Source of the DNA: Balanoglossus misakiensis
Taxonomy: Eukaryota; Animalia; Hemichordata
DNA length: 64,000 bases
Direction of reading: 5' to 3'
Assembly: GCA_040954595.2 (NCBI GenBank)
Contig: CM082584.2
Coordinates: 9,877,061-9,941,060 of the forward strand
Position 1 is the stretch's first letter. The number at the start of each line of letters is the position of its first letter. The notes under the pieces are model-generated. The model was not told the origin of the DNA. It was given only the letters and a program-made list of their open reading frames with translations, and did not search any database. Below, piece by piece: positions 59,889 to 64,000 of the stretch. A program made the translations under genes and the position numbers.

Positions 59889-62800
59889 AATATTGTCTTA
59901 CTTTACCCTATTCCTGACCGACTTCGGCTTACTCTGCGAAATGAAACACGATGAACCCAAACTTCTTTTCGGCTGTCTCTACGGGTCCAATAAATACTAC
60001 AAGCTAAAGAGCCACGGTAGTACCAGATGCTACTGAGTTGGATTGAAGAGCCAGGTGGCAAATCTCTTGGATTGGAACAAATTGTTCCTTCGTGTCATCA
60101 CACTCAGACTGCGCGTGTTCGATTCTCAACTCGGCTGACTGGGGTCAGCAAGGGGACAACGTGCAACACGTGTATCATGCAGATGAATTTGTTGAAGTAA
60201 AAGTCTGTCTTGATCCTCTTGATCGATGAATATAAAATGCTAATTACCTTTTTAAGAAATACGTTTTATTTGGAGTGTACGAGTGGGGATTCAATAAATA
60301 GGATAGGACATATAGGCCTAGGCCAATCATATTCAAGTTGCATCATGATTTTTTTTCTTGGGGTGTTGCATCATCTAAAGAATCCCTTCTACAAGTTTTG
60401 TGTTTGAAAACACAAGGGATTGCCTGACAAGCGACATATTACATTACATCCATTTACCTACCAAAAACGAGTCGCGTTTGTGACTACATATACGCAAAGA
60501 ACGGTGGCTTCTTGTTGGTGTTTTCTGCTTTAATATAAAAATGGTGCGTGTGTTTATATTGCAAATAGAAAGGAGACAGACATGCGTGCACGTGGTTTCG
60601 ATATCGGCCCTACCAAGGTCGTATATGTATACATTATTTCCCGCCGTTTTACCTGGGATTTGCTTCCTACGTCATAGTATTGAATTCGAGATGAAACCGG
60701 CCATGCTGCGCCCGGCCTCTCGCGAGTCAATGAGCCGCTTTACATCAATGTATCCTTCCATTCTTGGCACCGGTTCAAAAGCCGGCGTTGACATCGCGAA
60801 ATGTTCGCGATCTTTGAGTGATTAAATACACTTCGCTTGGTTCCTTCAAATACTGTACATAAAATATCAAGAATAAGCTTTGAAAAAACAATGACAATGT
60901 CGATAAATATAAACTAACATTGGCCGAAACGAACGATTAATATTTTCGTTCTCCACGCAAAGTGAAGACTGCGTGGGCGGAGAATTAGTCACGCGTGGTA
61001 TATTCTTCCGCGACTTTACTACAACTGTAATGATGACTGAAAATGAATGAAAATATTCGAGTAAAAATGGTGTATTTTCTTTTCTATGGTTATAAATGGT
61101 TGTATATTCGTTTGAACAAATCTATAGCATATTTCATTACGGCTGACACTTCAAGAAGGGGAAAGCACGGCTATATACCGGGATTTAACGCAACGTAAAT
61201 ACTAAAACACACCCGTGGGAGTGCATTATGAAAGGGTATGTTTACTACCGTTCTAATGATGATCACCCCTCCCTCTGATTTTCCGTACCCGCTGACTCCT
61301 ATTAAAAAACTTGGAACGACTGTAAAAATGAAGTTGAAAAGTGTTACAAGAGAATTTAGTTAATTTTCTGTCCGTATTTTTCTAATTCCGTGAAATTTGG
61401 CCGCGTTTAAACAATTTTGCGCAAATATTTAGACCAAGTACTATTTAACCATGGCTGTTCCAGCAACGGTTTCAGGACTCCCCATAGTACTGGCTTTGGC
61501 GCCAATCACATCTATTACGCATAACAACATAGGAGCTGAAAGACGCAAGAGACACGTACCAATCGAGCTGAATTTACTCTCGCTAAATCGACACTTTTGA
61601 ATTATTTCTTGGATATATTATAGATACCTGGAGGAACAAGATATATATGGCTCAAAGTCATCATATTCTAGCAATACTGTGTTTGCTAGTGACATTTTTA
61701 CGGCTAAATCACGCACAAGGTGAGTAGAACTAGTGAGAGTTCCTTTACGCCGGCCATGTCGTTTGCATAGTAATTTGTCGACCGGGACGATCACAGACAT
61801 CGAAATCTGGTGGTATATTTCAATCGTTTGCCGACAAAAACAGCTAACAAAATCTGACTCTCTGTTGTGAATGACAACAAAATGACTTGCTCGAGCAATC
61901 TTTGTACTGTTCGGTCGTTTACTTTTTCTGAAAATCTCGAATGTCTGGGTGTCTGATGACCCGGCTTTTTCGCAACCTTGCATAGTAAAGTGGTAGCACG
62001 TTTTGTGTATTCGTTGCCGGCTAGTTGCTTGGCCTCAAAACATTGTTGTCGTTGTTCAACTCTGTGTACACCCGGAATTCTGAAATCCGTTCAACCATCC
62101 TTACGGAACGGAAATAAAGACTGTTTATTTCATTATAGCGATTTCTTCTTTTCTTCCCCATTAATTTCATACAATCTGTGTTACAGAGCAATGCGACGAC
62201 GGACTTTTCACGTGCGCTAACGGCAGATGTATCCCGGAGACATGGTTATGTGACGAAGATGACGATTGTCGTGATAACTCTGATGAGGAAAACTGCCGTA
62301 AGTAAAATCAGAAAATGTAATCATTGAAATCTGCCGCGAAACTAGGTACAAAGGTAACTTCGATTGGGGAGTTGGTTTCATTGGAATCTCGAACCATATT
62401 TCCGACCACGCCACGCCGGCAGCCATTGGTTTTTTTTTATACGGGCGTGTACCCAGATTGTCTGTTTTACAACAAGCGTTTTAGCCGGCTTGTTTCATAC
62501 AATAGACTAGACAGTAAGGTCGGTGTTTTGTATTATTATATCTCGTAGTGAAAATGGACCTATCCTAAGTCATAATTCGCAAATACACTGGAAATCTTAA
62601 TTTGCCGGTCTGACTATTATTAGTCGCGTAGTTGACCTTAGATGAGAATTTGTCCATCTGAAATATGTACCATTTCGTTTCTGTGAATATGTGAGATTTT
62701 TCTGTAGATTTCAAAGTTCAAATACCGTGTGTTCATGTGGTTAAATTGGATGCTGCTTTGCCCCTCCAATATTTACCAGCTTTGTTTGGGTTGGGCCGCG

Positions 62801-64000
62801 CCGATACCGACCGGCGAAATAATTACCGGCGAAATTTGTGAAAGTATTTTTGTTCTGATCGGGAAAAGCGTGGCGAGATAATTTTTTCCCTACTATGTAT
62901 TGATGAAACTACTGGATAGTATTTTATTTACGAAACTTCTTTTACGGGTCGCTATCTGTGAATTTTTGACGATTTTTTGAAAAAAACTGTACTTTGTAGA
63001 GTATAGATTTTAGTGTCACGTTGTGACGCGGCAAGCCCAATGTTTTGGTTGTGCAGCCATAGCCAACCATGATTGACAACTGGTGTATTGACGTCAGTCC
63101 CTTTGAGTGAGTTGATTGGCTGATCGACCTCGCCAGACGTCACACACCCTCTTGCTTGTACGTCAGAAATGATTGATAACGTGCTTCCAGATTCCTCTAC
63201 TTCCATTGGCTGTTTCGAAACACACCAGCCAACACATGATTATTTTCAACGAATGACAACAACATTGTATGCATAATTAATTTATGAGGCAAAACAAATC
63301 GACACGCCCATTCATAATGAAAACAAACGTTCCTGAGTCCCGATAGCGGAGCACTGAGCGATATAACGGCTACAGAATAATTTGCAAAACGTCTGAATAA
63401 AAAAAAAATAACTTGCACGGTTGATCGGTCGGTATTATTTTAAAGAGAATTCGAGTTGGATGAAGTGATGTTTGTGTGGGGAATTTTTAAGAACACGGGA
63501 AGATGGGGTGAAAATGGTGGTGTGTCATTCTTCCTGGCACACAGCCAAGATCTTATACACATAAAGGTCGATCATAGGCCAGGCAGGGAAATATACATTT
63601 TTGCAAGGGGAGGGGGAGGGGGTTACATACTAGTGGAGAAATGGAATGTTATCCCTATTTTCTGTACAAAAAATATAATGAACAGACGAAAAAGTTGGTT
63701 ATTAATTGCTACAAAAAGGGATTATTGATACACATTGAAAATGTTGGGGTGGGGTTCAGACTTCAGGGACATTTCTGGCAATTTTTTGTGTTTGTGTGTT
63801 GGCAAATGCTGGTACATGCAATATTGAATAGAAATGCAGCATTCCAAATGTTATTGTTGTTACTTGTTTGTAAACAATTGTACAAATTCCTTTCTAAATG
63901 AGTCACCCTGTATCCACTGGGGATAGCGGAGTTGTCTTTTCAGAAAATGGAGAAGGTGCAGTTGCATATTTCTTCGGTCAAGGGCACTCAAGTTTTGGTG

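Overview
Eukaryotic, intron-containing genomic DNA with an invertebrate-metazoan look; the species cannot be determined from the sequence. All exon models were read by hand from GT/AG sites and frame continuity. The first 32 kb hold five kinds of feature. (1) A 3-exon TRIM E3 ligase gene (RING, B-box1, B-box2, coiled coil) whose C-terminal domain is a Deltex C-terminal (DTC)-like domain. (2) A tandem, stand-alone DTC-only gene with the same intron positions. (3) An 8-exon secreted, probably membrane/GPI-anchored M28 zinc peptidase on the minus strand. (4) A divergently transcribed secreted protein with three LDLa repeats and a GAPR-1/PRY-like CAP domain. (5) A recent ~12.5-kb tandem duplication (about 6374-18957 and 18958-31438) that copies the whole CAP gene plus M28 exons 1-4; its junction lies in a chimeric copy of a dispersed repeat, which points to unequal crossover. 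The last 32 kb show no coding exon I can recognise, only MITE-like inverted repeats, microsatellites and clusters of TGACGTCA sites. The most novel candidate is the TRIM-DTC fusion paired with a DTC-only gene, both with a remodelled ADP-ribose pocket.
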